A stretch of 64,000 nt of DNA. Origin: an uncultured Bacilli bacterium (GTDB lineage Bacteria > Bacillota_I > Bacilli_A > RF39 > UBA660). The DNA lies in the NCBI GenBank assembly GCA_910583945.1, contig CAJTYF010000005.1, positions 1,402-65,401 of the forward strand. Direction: 5' to 3'. Below the pieces are notes generated by a model. That model was not told where the DNA came from and did no database searches. It saw only the letters and a program-made list of their open reading frames with translations. The translations under genes and the position numbers were made by a program. The first letter of the stretch is position 1; the number at the start of each line of letters is the position of its first letter. Positions 10,588 through 20,351 of the stretch are shown here, piece by piece.

Positions 10588-10630
10588 GTAGTTTTTTATA
10601 TGATACAATACAGTTGTTTGGAGGGATTTT

Positions 10631-12070
10631 ATGGATAAAGGAAAAAGTATTTTATTACAGGTTATTAAAATTGTATTAACAGCTTTATTATTGCTTTTAT
10701 TTAGCTTTTTTACCTTTCAAATTTTAAAATTAAACGTGTTACCTGTTAAATATTTATACTTAGGATTTACTATATTCTTTTTAGTATTTCTATTTTTAAT
10801 GTTTCTTTTATATAAAGCTAAAAATAAAATTATCAATCTATTTAGTGTAACACTTATTTTATTTGTTTCTATTGTTTTTTATATAGGAATTAAATATCTT
10901 ATTAGTACTTATTCTTTTATTGAAAATATAAAAGTAGAGTATGATACACTTAGTTATTCTGTTTTAGTTTTAAATAGTAGCGAGCTTACAAGTATAGATA
11001 ATTTGAGAGATAAAACTATTTTATATTTGAAAGATAATTATCAAGAAGAAATTAAAAAGCAATTGAATGAAAAAATTATATATCAAGAAAAATTAAATGA
11101 AGAATTTGGAAGTGTTTTAGACAATTTATTAAATAAAAATGTTCAAGCTATTGTTTTAGAAGAAAGTTATATAACCATCGCTAAAGATGAAGTAGAGGAT
11201 TTTGAAGCAAAAACAAAAGTTATTTATACTTTTGATGTTAAGATAAAAGCACATGAAGAAAATCCAAATGTTTCGATGAATATTACTATGGAACCTTTTA
11301 TTTTTTATATTAGTGGCGTTGATCAATGGGGAAATGTGAAAAGTGTTAGAGGTCGTAGTGATGTAAATATGCTTGTAATTGTTAATCCTAAAACGAATCA
11401 GATATTATTAGTTAATACTCCAAGAGACTATTATATCCAATTAGATGGTACTAAAGGATTAAAAGATAAATTAACGCATGCCGGAATCTATGGCATTGAT
11501 AAAAGTATAAAGACTTTAGAAAATTTTTATGATATTGATATTAGTCATTATTTAAGAGTCAATTTTGATTCGGTGATTAAAATTATAGATGTTATTGGAG
11601 GCATTGATATTAATTCAGACAAAGCTTTCAAGCCTCGAAACGATAGTAGATATATTAATAAAGGATGGAATCATTTTGATGGAAAATTGGCTCTTGCTTA
11701 CGCTCGTGAACGTTATGCTTATACAACGGGCGACCATCATCGGGGTGCGAATCAGCAACAAGTGATTACGGCTATTATTGAAAAACTTACTAGCTCTAGT
11801 GTTTTAATTAGTAAATATAATACGCTTTTAGATTCTTTAAATGGCAGTTTTCAAACGGATATGAGTATGGAAGAAATTACTTCTTTTATTAAATATCAAA
11901 TTGATAAAATGCCTTCTTGGAAAGTGGAATCTATTGCTGTTACTGGAACAGGAGATATGCAACCCACTTATAGCATGGGTTCAAAATTAAAGTTGTATGT
12001 TATGAATCCAGATATGAAAAGTGTAAAAATGGCTCAAGAAAAAATTAAAGAGGTTTTAAATGCAGATTAA
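10631..12070 (+). CDS. LytR-CpsA-Psr (LCP) family glycopolymer-to-wall ligase
   Basis: 'RSDVNMLVIVNPKTNQILLVNTPRDYY', 'GGIDINSD' and 'ALAYARERY...GDHHRGANQQQV' are canonical LCP blocks. Multi-TM N-terminus. Confidence 0.9.
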   Translation: MDKGKSILLQVIKIVLTALLLLLFSFFTFQILKLNVLPVKYLYLGFTIFFLVFLFLMFLLYKAKNKIINLFSVTLILFVSIVFYIGIKYLISTYSFIENIKVEYDTLSYSVLVLNSSELTSIDNLRDKTILYLKDNYQEEIKKQLNEKIIYQEKLNEEFGSVLDNLLNKNVQAIVLEESYITIAKDEVEDFEAKTKVIYTFDVKIKAHEENPNVSMNITMEPFIFYISGVDQWGNVKSVRGRSDVNMLVIVNPKTNQILLVNTPRDYYIQLDGTKGLKDKLTHAGIYGIDKSIKTLENFYDIDISHYLRVNFDSVIKIIDVIGGIDINSDKAFKPRNDSRYINKGWNHFDGKLALAYARERYAYTTGDHHRGANQQQVITAIIEKLTSSSVLISKYNTLLDSLNGSFQTDMSMEEITSFIKYQIDKMPSWKVESIAVTGTGDMQPTYSMGSKLKLYVMNPDMKSVKMAQEKIKEVLNAD

Positions 12071-12569
12071 AAAAATTATTTTTCCTTGCTTTGTTTTTCT
12101 TTGTATGGGAATGATTTTTCTATTTTCTCATCAAAATGGAAATAGGAGTGAGAGTTTAAGTGATGGTTTTGTTCTAAAAATTATAGAAACCGTTACTGAA
12201 GTAAGCAACAAGAAAGTTTCTGATAGCAAAAAAGTTGAAATAGTACAGAAGACTCGTTTTTTAATTCGTAAAAGTGCACATTTTACAATCTATTTTCTAT
12301 TAGGCTTTGTGTCTTATTTAACTTTTAAAGCGTATCAATTTAAACATCCTGTCATTTGGGCTATCCTTTTATGTTTAATTTATGCTTCTAGTGATGAAAT
12401 TCACCAATTATTTGTCAGAGAAAGAACAGGACGAATTGTTGATGTTTGCATTGATATGAGTGGAGCATTAATAGGGATAATGGTTACGCCGCTTTTTTAT
12501 CATCTTTTATTAAAAATAAAAAATAGAAAAACTACGAATAAAATCGAGAGAATGGAAGTGAATTTATGA
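12060..12569 (+). CDS. VanZ-family membrane protein
   Basis: 'RKSAHFTIYFLLG' and 'DEIHQLFVRERTGRIVDVCIDMSGALIG' match the VanZ-like family. Confidence 0.8.
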   Translation: MQIKKIIFPCFVFLCMGMIFLFSHQNGNRSESLSDGFVLKIIETVTEVSNKKVSDSKKVEIVQKTRFLIRKSAHFTIYFLLGFVSYLTFKAYQFKHPVIWAILLCLIYASSDEIHQLFVRERTGRIVDVCIDMSGALIGIMVTPLFYHLLLKIKNRKTTNKIERMEVNL

Positions 12570-12805
12570 GTGTAAGAGTAAATTATGATTTAGTGATAAA
12601 AGATATTGAAAAAAATTTTAATGGAAGATATGAGATTACTCAACATGTAGCAAAAAGAGTAGGTAATGGTGAATTTCCCAAGTCTCTTTTTAATAAATCT
12701 TACATTAATCAGGAGAAAAATGCTTTAGCACGTTATATTAAAGAAAATTATGATTATGAAGTTCAAGAACCTAAAATTATATTGCATTCAAAAGAAAAAA
12801 AGTGA
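12566..12805 (+). CDS. hypothetical small protein
   Basis: 79-aa ORF with ATGA overlap to the VanZ gene. No family recognised. Confidence 0.4.
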   Translation: MSVRVNYDLVIKDIEKNFNGRYEITQHVAKRVGNGEFPKSLFNKSYINQEKNALARYIKENYDYEVQEPKIILHSKEKK

Positions 12806-12822
12806 TTTTCTGTCATGCTTTG

Positions 12823-12850
12823 TTGACTTTTTATTGAATTATGATAGAAT
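12823..12850 (+). promoter_or_regulatory. sigma-A-like promoter (TTGACT-16-TGaTAGAAT) ahead of the first cpsCDB module
   Basis: ttgact at 12823-12828, tagaat at 12845-12850, and a TG extended -10 at 12842-12843. Confidence 0.45.
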
Positions 12851-12877
12851 AGGTGACATTTAAAGGGGAAATGGACG

Positions 12878-13579
12878 ATGTCAGAAGAAATTCATTTAAG
12901 AGAAATAGGCAGTTATTTTTTATCTAAAGTTTTTTTAATTGTTATTTTTACTTTTTCAGTGGTTTTGATAAGTGGTTTGTATTGTTTTTTTCGAAAACCT
13001 ATCTATGAATCTTCAGCTTCGATTATTTTAACAGGGTTTAGTGATGGAAAAGAAGATTCTAAAATTAGTTCAAATGATTTAAGTATAAATCAAAAGCTAG
13101 TTAAAACGTATCAAGAAATTACTAAAAGTAGAAAAGTTTTGACTCAAGTAATTGAAGATTTAAATTTAAAAGTTCGTGTAGAGGATTTGGCTTCTAAAAT
13201 TACTGTAACAGGAAAGAGTGATACTGAAATTATAGTGATAAGTGTTAAAAATTATGATGCTTGGATGGCTTGTAAAATAGCGGAGCGTATTGCAGAAGTT
13301 TTTAGTGAAGAAGTAAAATCTATTTATAATGTTTCCAACGTTAGTTTACTGGATGCACCTATTATTAATAATCGTCCGAGTAATATGAGTACTTTTAAAG
13401 TTTTAGTAATGGCTTTAATTGGTGGTTTTCTTCTATCTTTAGTTGTTGTTTTTATTATTTACTATTTTGATAATACGATAAAAAATGCTAATCAAGTCGA
13501 AGATAAAATAGGTGTCTCTGTTTTAGGAAGTATTCCTGATTTTAATAAGAAAAAAAGAATAGGGGGTAGAAGAAAATGA
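12878..13579 (+). CDS. cpsC: Wzz/CpsC-type chain-length regulator (transmembrane activator of the BY-kinase), copy 1
   Basis: Two TM helices flank a periplasmic Wzz domain ('QKLVKTYQEITKSRKVLTQVIEDLNL'). Basic C-terminal tail. ATGA overlap with the kinase gene. Confidence 0.85.
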   Translation: MSEEIHLREIGSYFLSKVFLIVIFTFSVVLISGLYCFFRKPIYESSASIILTGFSDGKEDSKISSNDLSINQKLVKTYQEITKSRKVLTQVIEDLNLKVRVEDLASKITVTGKSDTEIIVISVKNYDAWMACKIAERIAEVFSEEVKSIYNVSNVSLLDAPIINNRPSNMSTFKVLVMALIGGFLLSLVVVFIIYYFDNTIKNANQVEDKIGVSVLGSIPDFNKKKRIGGRRK

Positions 13580-14253
13580 AGGATGAATTACTTGTAAATA
13601 GCAATCCGAAATCCAGTGTAGCGGAAGCCATTCGTATGGTTCGTACTAATTTAATGTTTTCTTTAAAGGTTAAAAAAGGAAAAGTTGTTTTAATCACTTC
13701 TTCAGTTAAAGGAGAGGGGAAAAGTTTTGTGTCAGCTAATTTAGCGATTTCTTTTGCTCAAAAAGGATTAAAGGTTTTGCTTGTTGACTCTGATTTACGA
13801 TTAGGACGTTTGCATTCTATTTTTAAAATCTCTAATAAAGTAGGTTTTTCTCATTTACTTGCGGATGATGATGGAAAAAACTATAAAAGGTATATTAAAG
13901 AAACTAAAATAGAAAATCTTTATTTTATTCCAAGAGGTATGGTTCCTCCTAATCCTAGTGAACTTCTGGATTCTGTTCATGTTTTAAATTTTTTAGAACA
14001 TGTACGTCAAAAGTTTGATGTTATTTTGTTTGATGGAACGCCTATTAATGGGTTAACGGATTCGCTTGTTTTTACTAAATATGTAGATAAAGTTTTAGTG
14101 GTGAGTGCAGCCAATTATACCAAAGTCAATTTGCTAGAAAATACTATTAAATGCTTAAAAAATTTAGATGTTGACCTTGCTGGGGTTGTGGTGAATAAAA
14201 TTAAAAACCCCATTACGAGTTCTTATTGTGGAGAGTATTATACTAATGATTGA
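13576..14253 (+). CDS. cpsD: BY-kinase (CpsD/YwqD-type tyrosine autokinase), copy 1
   Basis: Walker A 'SSVKGEGKSFVSANLA', Walker A' 'VLLVDSDLR', 'PPNPSELL', and a C-terminal Tyr cluster 'SSYCGEYYTND'. Confidence 0.9.
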   Translation: MKDELLVNSNPKSSVAEAIRMVRTNLMFSLKVKKGKVVLITSSVKGEGKSFVSANLAISFAQKGLKVLLVDSDLRLGRLHSIFKISNKVGFSHLLADDDGKNYKRYIKETKIENLYFIPRGMVPPNPSELLDSVHVLNFLEHVRQKFDVILFDGTPINGLTDSLVFTKYVDKVLVVSAANYTKVNLLENTIKCLKNLDVDLAGVVVNKIKNPITSSYCGEYYTND

Positions 14254-14971
14254 TGTTCATAATCATATTTTATATGGTATCGATGACGGCTGTAAAACGA
14301 AAGAAGAAAGTCTTTCTGTGCTTGAAAAAATGTCTAATTTAGGGTATGAAAAAATTGTTGTTACACCTCATTATATGGAAGAGGCGAATTATACAGCAAA
14401 TCATGAAGAAAAAATGAAACTTTTAAAAGAATTAGAAGCTGAATTAAAACTTAAACATATTCCACTTAAACTTTATTTAGGGCAAGAAATTTATATTCAG
14501 GAATCTATTGAAGAAAAAATAAAAATGAAACAAATCAGTACTATTAATAATCAAAAAGTTCTTCTTGTGGAAATCCCTATGTTTGAAAAAATATGTGAAG
14601 CTTTAGATTTTTTAGATGAATTGATTTTTCAAGGCTATAAAATAATCTTGGCTCATCCTGAAAGGTATTTGATTTTTCAAGAAAATCCGACTTTAATTCA
14701 AGATTATCTTTCTAAAGGTATTTTTTTACAAGGAAATATGGAGTCGATTAATGGAAAATACGGAAAAAAAGCTCAAAAATTAAGTAAGTTTTTGTTGAAA
14801 AATAAAATGTATTTTGTTCTAGCCAGTGATGTTCATCATGAAAACGCCAGTTTTTTTGAAGATTTTTATAAAATAAAAAAGAAACTTCTTAAAGTCATCA
14901 ATGAAGATTATTTTAAAGATCTTTTGTTTATCAATCCTGAAAAAATGTTAAAGGATATCTTTGAAAAATAG
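14246..14971 (+). CDS. cpsB: PHP-family phosphotyrosine phosphatase (CpsB/YwqE-type), copy 1
   Basis: 'MIDVHNHILYGIDDG', 'TPHY', 'AHPERY' and 'ASDVHH' metal-binding motifs. The ATG at 14246 overlaps the cpsD stop. Confidence 0.9.
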   Translation: MIDVHNHILYGIDDGCKTKEESLSVLEKMSNLGYEKIVVTPHYMEEANYTANHEEKMKLLKELEAELKLKHIPLKLYLGQEIYIQESIEEKIKMKQISTINNQKVLLVEIPMFEKICEALDFLDELIFQGYKIILAHPERYLIFQENPTLIQDYLSKGIFLQGNMESINGKYGKKAQKLSKFLLKNKMYFVLASDVHHENASFFEDFYKIKKKLLKVINEDYFKDLLFINPEKMLKDIFEK

Positions 14972-15046
14972 TTTTTTTAAACTATTTTTTTCTATGCAAA
15001 AATAAAAATTAATGATATAATTTGTAGTAGAGTAGGAAGGGTATGC

Positions 15047-15745
15047 ATGGAAGAGTTGGATTTAAAAGATTTAATTTCGTATTTTATGTCAAAAATTATT
15101 TATTTTTTAGCAATCGTTACTTTGGTTGTTACTTTAGGATGTCTTTATCTTATTTTTTTAAAAACACCGGTATTTACTTCTAAAACGAGTGTTATTTTAA
15201 CCGGAAATAATAAAGAATCTTCTTCAACGATTACACAAACGGATTTAAGTGTTAATTCGAAGTTAGTAGGAACGTACCAAGAAATTGTTAAAAGTAAACG
15301 TGTTTTAAGTCAGGTTATTCATGAATTAAATTTAGATTATACCGTAAAAGATTTATCTAAAATGATTCGAGTCGGTGCTATAAATGATACAGAAATTATT
15401 GAAATTTCGGTAACTAATGAAGAAAATCGTACAGCTTATGCTGTGGCTAACAAAGTAGCAGAAATTTTTAGTAAAGAGGCTAAAGATTTGTATAATTTAT
15501 CTAATGTTTCTATTTTAGATAGAGCAGATATAGAAACGGTTCCATCAAATATTAATATTACAAAACAACTTTTGATTTTTTTGGGATTAGGAAGTGTATT
15601 AGGCTTTGCTGTTCTATTCTTATTTTATTATTTTGATACAACGATAAAAAGAGTTTCAGATATTGAAAGAAAATATAATCTACCAATTTTAGGTGCAGTT
15701 CCAGATTATACTAAAAAGAAGAAAAAGGGGGCTAAGAGAAGATGA
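15047..15745 (+). CDS. cpsC: Wzz/CpsC-type chain-length regulator, copy 2
   Basis: Colinear paralogue of 12878-13579 ('SKLVGTYQEIVKSKRVLSQVIHELNL'), with the same two-TM topology and basic tail. Confidence 0.85.
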   Translation: MEELDLKDLISYFMSKIIYFLAIVTLVVTLGCLYLIFLKTPVFTSKTSVILTGNNKESSSTITQTDLSVNSKLVGTYQEIVKSKRVLSQVIHELNLDYTVKDLSKMIRVGAINDTEIIEISVTNEENRTAYAVANKVAEIFSKEAKDLYNLSNVSILDRADIETVPSNINITKQLLIFLGLGSVLGFAVLFLFYYFDTTIKRVSDIERKYNLPILGAVPDYTKKKKKGAKRR

Positions 15746-16410
15746 AAAATGAAATTATAGTCGATAAAAATCCTAAATCAAGTGTTGCTGAAGCCATTCG
15801 AATTATACGAACCAATTTAGAGTTTTCTGGCATTGATAAAAAGGTAAAATCGGTGTTGATTACTTCTTCTATTCCTTCAGAAGGAAAAAGTTTTATTAGT
15901 TCTAATTTAGCGACTTCTTTTGCTCAAAATGGAAGTAAGGTTCTTTTAATGGATTGTGATATGCGTAAAGGAAGGCTACATAAAATATTTGGAATTGAGA
16001 ATGAAAGAGGTTTATCGAATTTGCTTTTAGAAGATATTGAAACCAGCTTTAAAGATTTTATTAAAAAAACAGATATCGATAATCTTTATCTTTTACCCAA
16101 AGGTGTTGTTCCTCCTAATCCAAGTGAACTTTTAAATTCACCTAAAACTAAAGCTTTGATTCATGTTTTATCTGATAAATTTGATTACGTTATTCTTGAT
16201 GGAACTCCTGTAAATGGACTGACGGATTCTTTAATTCTTACTAAATATGTCGATAAAACCGTGATTGTAGCAACTTTAAATTATACTAAAACCAACGAAT
16301 TTGAATTTACTAAGAAAAGTTTAATTAGTGTTGGAGCAGATATCGCTGGTGTTGTTGTCAATAAAACCGCTGATGTTCATAGTGGTTATTATGGCAATTA
16401 TTATGAATAG
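15742..16410 (+). CDS. cpsD: BY-kinase (CpsD-type), copy 2
   Basis: Walker A 'SSIPSEGKSFISSNLA', 'VLLMDCDMR', 'PPNPSELL', and a C-terminal Tyr cluster 'HSGYYGNYYE'. Confidence 0.9.
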   Translation: MKNEIIVDKNPKSSVAEAIRIIRTNLEFSGIDKKVKSVLITSSIPSEGKSFISSNLATSFAQNGSKVLLMDCDMRKGRLHKIFGIENERGLSNLLLEDIETSFKDFIKKTDIDNLYLLPKGVVPPNPSELLNSPKTKALIHVLSDKFDYVILDGTPVNGLTDSLILTKYVDKTVIVATLNYTKTNEFEFTKKSLISVGADIAGVVVNKTADVHSGYYGNYYE

Positions 16411-16418
16411 GAGTCGTT

Positions 16419-17156
16419 ATGATTGATATTCATTCTCATGTCATTTATGCCATTGATGATGGTTCAAGAAGTTATGAAGAGAGTCTTTCTATATTAAAAA
16501 AAATGTCAGAAATGGGCTATCGAGCTATAGTTTGTACACCTCATTATATTACGGGGAGTAAATATGTAGAAAATAATACAAATAAATTAAATAAGATTCA
16601 ATTATTGAGAGAATTTGTGGAAAAAGAAAAATTGAATCTTCATCTGTATCTAGGAAATGAAATTTATATTGATTCAGAGATTGAAAATTTAATTAAAAAA
16701 GGTGAAGTCTATCCGATTAATCATAGTCGTTATTTACTCGTTGAGTTTCCTGTTAGTCGGCTTATGAATGATTTGATGAATTTGTTATTTCTTTTAAGAA
16801 ATAAGGGGTATATACCTATTATTGCCCATCCTGAGCGTTATTTGTATTTACAAGATAATCATGAACTTTTGGATAAATTTTTAGAGATGGGTTGTTTGTT
16901 TCAAGGAAATTTTTCGTGTATTATTGGAAAATATGGGGAACATACTAAAAAGCTTTTTTTGTATATGTTGAAAAATAATTATTATCATTTTTTAGCTACC
17001 GATGTTCATCATGAAACAGACATATTGTTTCAAAAATTTCATAAAATTAAGAAAATGATTATTAAAGAAATAGGAGAAGAAGCGTTTCAAATACTGACTT
17101 ATGAGAATCCTTTAAAGGTGATTCGTAATGACAAAATTGAAATTGTTTTAAAATAA
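16419..17156 (+). CDS. cpsB: PHP-family phosphotyrosine phosphatase (CpsB-type), copy 2
   Basis: 'MIDIHSHVIYAIDDG', 'TPHY', 'AHPERY' and 'ATDVHH'. Confidence 0.9.
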   Translation: MIDIHSHVIYAIDDGSRSYEESLSILKKMSEMGYRAIVCTPHYITGSKYVENNTNKLNKIQLLREFVEKEKLNLHLYLGNEIYIDSEIENLIKKGEVYPINHSRYLLVEFPVSRLMNDLMNLLFLLRNKGYIPIIAHPERYLYLQDNHELLDKFLEMGCLFQGNFSCIIGKYGEHTKKLFLYMLKNNYYHFLATDVHHETDILFQKFHKIKKMIIKEIGEEAFQILTYENPLKVIRNDKIEIVLK

Positions 17157-17370
17157 ACAATTATCGACAAAAAAAGACTAACTGTTTTGATAGACTAAAA
17201 AAAGTTTTAAAGGAGGGTTTTGTTGAAAGTTATTTGTGAAATTTTGTTTCTCTTTTTTACTTTGATTATTTATTCTAGTTGCAAAATAAGTAGTCGGTGT
17301 AGTAAAGTAGAAGAAACAGGAGATTATAAGAACAAATAAAAAATCAATCAATGATTTTTATTCGTTCTTT

Positions 17371-18453
17371 TTATTTGCTTTTATTTATATTTAGAACAAT
17401 GCCTATTCCAATCATGCTTACAAGTAAACTACTTCCTCCGTATGAAAGAAAGGGAAGGGTTACGCCGGTTACTGGAATGATTCCAACGACGACCATTAGA
17501 TTTAAAAGGGCTTGGATGATAATTCCAAAGGAGAGTCCAAAGGAAAGGTATTTTGCAAAAAGGTCTTTTTGTTTTAAAGCTATAGATAAAACTAGATAGA
17601 ACAAAAGGAAAAAGACACTTGTTACAATGAGAACGCCTAGGAAACCAAATTCTTCACTAATGATGGAAAAGATAAAATCGGTTTGAGGTTCAGGAAGATA
17701 AAAATGTTTTTGACGAGATTTCATAAACCCTTGACCTAGCAAACCTCCAGGGCCAATGGCGTACAAACTTTGAATGATTTGAAATCCGCTTCCTAAGGGA
17801 TCCGTCCATGGATTTAGAAAGGACACAATTCTTGCCATTCTGTAAGGGGCAATAATAATTAAAATCACAATTCCAATTAGACCTACTAAACCAATTTTAA
17901 CAAAAAAGTCAATTTTAACACCAGAGGTGAAAATAAGCACAACAAGGGTTAAAACAATAACCATTGCGGTTCCAAAATCGGGTTCTAGCATGATAAGACC
18001 AAAAAATACAAAGATGACACTTAAAATTGGTAAAACACCTTTTTTAATATCAAACATATTTTTTTTGTTGTTGGCTAAGTATTTTGAAACATAAATGATT
18101 AAACCAATTTTGGCGAATTCACTTGGTTGAATGCCTAAAGAACCAATTCCAAACCAACTTCGACTTCCATTTCTAATGGTTCCAATGCCAGGAATTAAAA
18201 CGAGAATTAACAAAATAAAACAAATTAATAAAATGAGGTTCGCTTTTTCATAGTAAATTTTATAATCTGTTTTGGATAAGAAAAGCATAATGAAGATTCC
18301 AATAATAAAAAAGATACCTTGAGCTTTAATAAATTTAAAAGGGTCTTGAAATTTGTATTCCGCCCAGATACAACTTGCCGAATAAATCATAATAATTCCA
18401 AATAATGCAATGCCAATGACTAAGAAAAATAATAAGTGATTTGTTTTTTTCAT
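17371..18453 (-). CDS. ftsW: SEDS-family peptidoglycan polymerase FtsW/SpoVE/RodA
   Basis: 10-TM protein with 'GSRSWFGIGSLGIQPSEFAK', 'EPDFGTA' and 'LPFLSYGGSSL', all canonical SEDS blocks. ATG at 18453 (the track uses an upstream TTG at 18468). Confidence 0.9.
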   Translation of the reverse strand: MKKTNHLLFFLVIGIALFGIIMIYSASCIWAEYKFQDPFKFIKAQGIFFIIGIFIMLFLSKTDYKIYYEKANLILLICFILLILVLIPGIGTIRNGSRSWFGIGSLGIQPSEFAKIGLIIYVSKYLANNKKNMFDIKKGVLPILSVIFVFFGLIMLEPDFGTAMVIVLTLVVLIFTSGVKIDFFVKIGLVGLIGIVILIIIAPYRMARIVSFLNPWTDPLGSGFQIIQSLYAIGPGGLLGQGFMKSRQKHFYLPEPQTDFIFSIISEEFGFLGVLIVTSVFFLLFYLVLSIALKQKDLFAKYLSFGLSFGIIIQALLNLMVVVGIIPVTGVTLPFLSYGGSSLLVSMIGIGIVLNINKSK

Positions 18454-18565
18454 ACGATCCCTCTTCAAATTATATGAAAATCAAATTATTAAATGAATAA
18501 TAAAAAATTGCTGAATTGTTGTGAAATGAGATATAATCATTTTAAGAAAATAAAGGTGAAATGTT

Positions 18566-19321
18566 ATGAATCAAGAACAAAAAGAGAGTTGGAGGGCTTA
18601 TCAAAAAGCGTCTTTAGATTATTATAAAAATCGCAAAAGAAAGCGATTTAAAATTCTTTTTATCTGTCTTTTTCTTTGTTTTTTCATTTTTTTTGTTTTC
18701 AGACCTCTTATTGGTGAAATTGTGATTTTTATCCAGATGTCTTATCCTAATAAACGTTATGAAGTGACTTTAAATCAGCATTTATTTGAAGTTTCAGGTG
18801 AGAGTACGAAAAAAGTACCAATTGTTCCGCTCTTGCTTTATCTTGGAAGTTCTTCAAGTATATGGGGATGGCAATCTAAAGAAGTATTACCTTTTTCCAA
18901 TTTTGAACGATTTATTTTGGAAATCAAAGTGTTCAATTGCTATTATAGTGGGCAAAAAATTGGGTGTCGCCCTTTTAAAAAGGATATTGAAGATATGAAA
19001 GAGGACAAGACAAAAATCACCTATTCTTTAAAAATTTATAAATATAAAAATTATGATACAGCCGTTAATTATGTTGAGTATATAAAAAAAAGGTCTACAA
19101 TGAAACATGAAGAATTTCAAAACTATCAAAAGACCATGCGTGATGAAAATTTTAGATTAATTTATGATGGTCCGTTTGTTTCAGATATTACAGATTATAT
19201 TCATGAAAAAGGTTTATACGGCTTTGTTTTAACAGGAAAATATGGTTGGACAACCGATTATTTTGAAATGGGACTCGTGAATACTGGTAAGGAAGTGGAA
19301 CTTATTAATATTAATGGTTGA
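18566..19321 (+). CDS. hypothetical membrane-anchored protein
   Basis: 251 aa with one N-terminal TM helix. No family recognised. Confidence 0.45.
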   Translation: MNQEQKESWRAYQKASLDYYKNRKRKRFKILFICLFLCFFIFFVFRPLIGEIVIFIQMSYPNKRYEVTLNQHLFEVSGESTKKVPIVPLLLYLGSSSSIWGWQSKEVLPFSNFERFILEIKVFNCYYSGQKIGCRPFKKDIEDMKEDKTKITYSLKIYKYKNYDTAVNYVEYIKKRSTMKHEEFQNYQKTMRDENFRLIYDGPFVSDITDYIHEKGLYGFVLTGKYGWTTDYFEMGLVNTGKEVELINING

Positions 19322-19346
19322 TTTTATGTTATAATATCTTTTCGAG

Positions 19347-20285
19347 GTGATGTGTATGCATTTGTATTATTATTTAAAAGAGGATGCTTATTATGTTATG
19401 GATTGCGATCATAAATTTTATCGTTATCCTAAGAAAAATAATCTTATTCCAATTTTGTATTTAGAAAATGGTCTTCATGAAATAGAGGCTATGAAAAATG
19501 AAGAAGAAATTTTTCCTTTTAAAACTATTGAGGAATGGACAGGTGCTACATGGTTAACTGTTACGAATATCATACAAATGATTACAGTTTTAGAAAATAT
19601 TTATTTAAATGATTCGTCTTTTTCTCTTTATGGTATTGAAGCAATTATTAGTCATTTTGCTTATCATAAATATTCGGATTTTAAGAAAAAGCGTATTCAA
19701 TCAAATGAATTTTATGAAAAACTTTTGGAAGAAGAGCAAACTTTAGTTAAAGAAAAGATTCAACATTTAAAAAGTATTATTGATTACTCCAAAGAGGAAA
19801 TTTCACTTTCAGAATTTGATGTAGCTATGGAAAAGCATTATTTTGATGATGAGTCTTTTATTGAGCCTTTTATTACAAATGCTATCGATAATATGTTTGT
19901 TAATGTTTATCCAGAAAAAGTGTTTTATGATCCTTCTTTTCTAGATTATTTTCGGAGTGAGGAGACATGGCTTGAATTTGAGGATTTTATGAAGCTGGCT
20001 GATGAATTTAAAACCGTTTTTCCAGAGAGAGTTAATCAAAAGATTAAGTATTTAAAATTACTAAAAGAAAAAGATTTTTCATACTTTTTAGGGCATCTTT
20101 TTTTACTTTTACCTTTTTTAAAAAGTTTTATTGGCCAAATTAAAGAAACAAATATTCCTGATATCTTAGTGATTTATAGTTTTTATATTTTTACAGCGCT
20201 TTTCTACATTTTAAGATATCGAAATTATTCTCGAGTTTTAACCATGACAGAAAATCCGACTTTAAAAAGAAAAATTCATTTATAA
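19347..20285 (+). CDS. hypothetical protein with C-terminal TM helices
   Basis: 312-aa ORF; the exact start is ambiguous (GTG/ATG cluster at 19347-19356). No family recognised. Confidence 0.45.
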   Translation: MMCMHLYYYLKEDAYYVMDCDHKFYRYPKKNNLIPILYLENGLHEIEAMKNEEEIFPFKTIEEWTGATWLTVTNIIQMITVLENIYLNDSSFSLYGIEAIISHFAYHKYSDFKKKRIQSNEFYEKLLEEEQTLVKEKIQHLKSIIDYSKEEISLSEFDVAMEKHYFDDESFIEPFITNAIDNMFVNVYPEKVFYDPSFLDYFRSEETWLEFEDFMKLADEFKTVFPERVNQKIKYLKLLKEKDFSYFLGHLFLLLPFLKSFIGQIKETNIPDILVIYSFYIFTALFYILRYRNYSRVLTMTENPTLKRKIHL

Positions 20286-20351
20286 ATTTATTGGAAAGTT
20301 TTAGCATAAAACTTCTTTTTTTTCATAGAAATTAAAGAAGGGAGAGGCACT

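Noticed and set aside
17351-17599. 82-aa + strand ORF overlapping the 3' end of ftsW
   Set aside because: It lies antisense to a strongly supported SEDS gene. It has low-complexity composition and no RBS.
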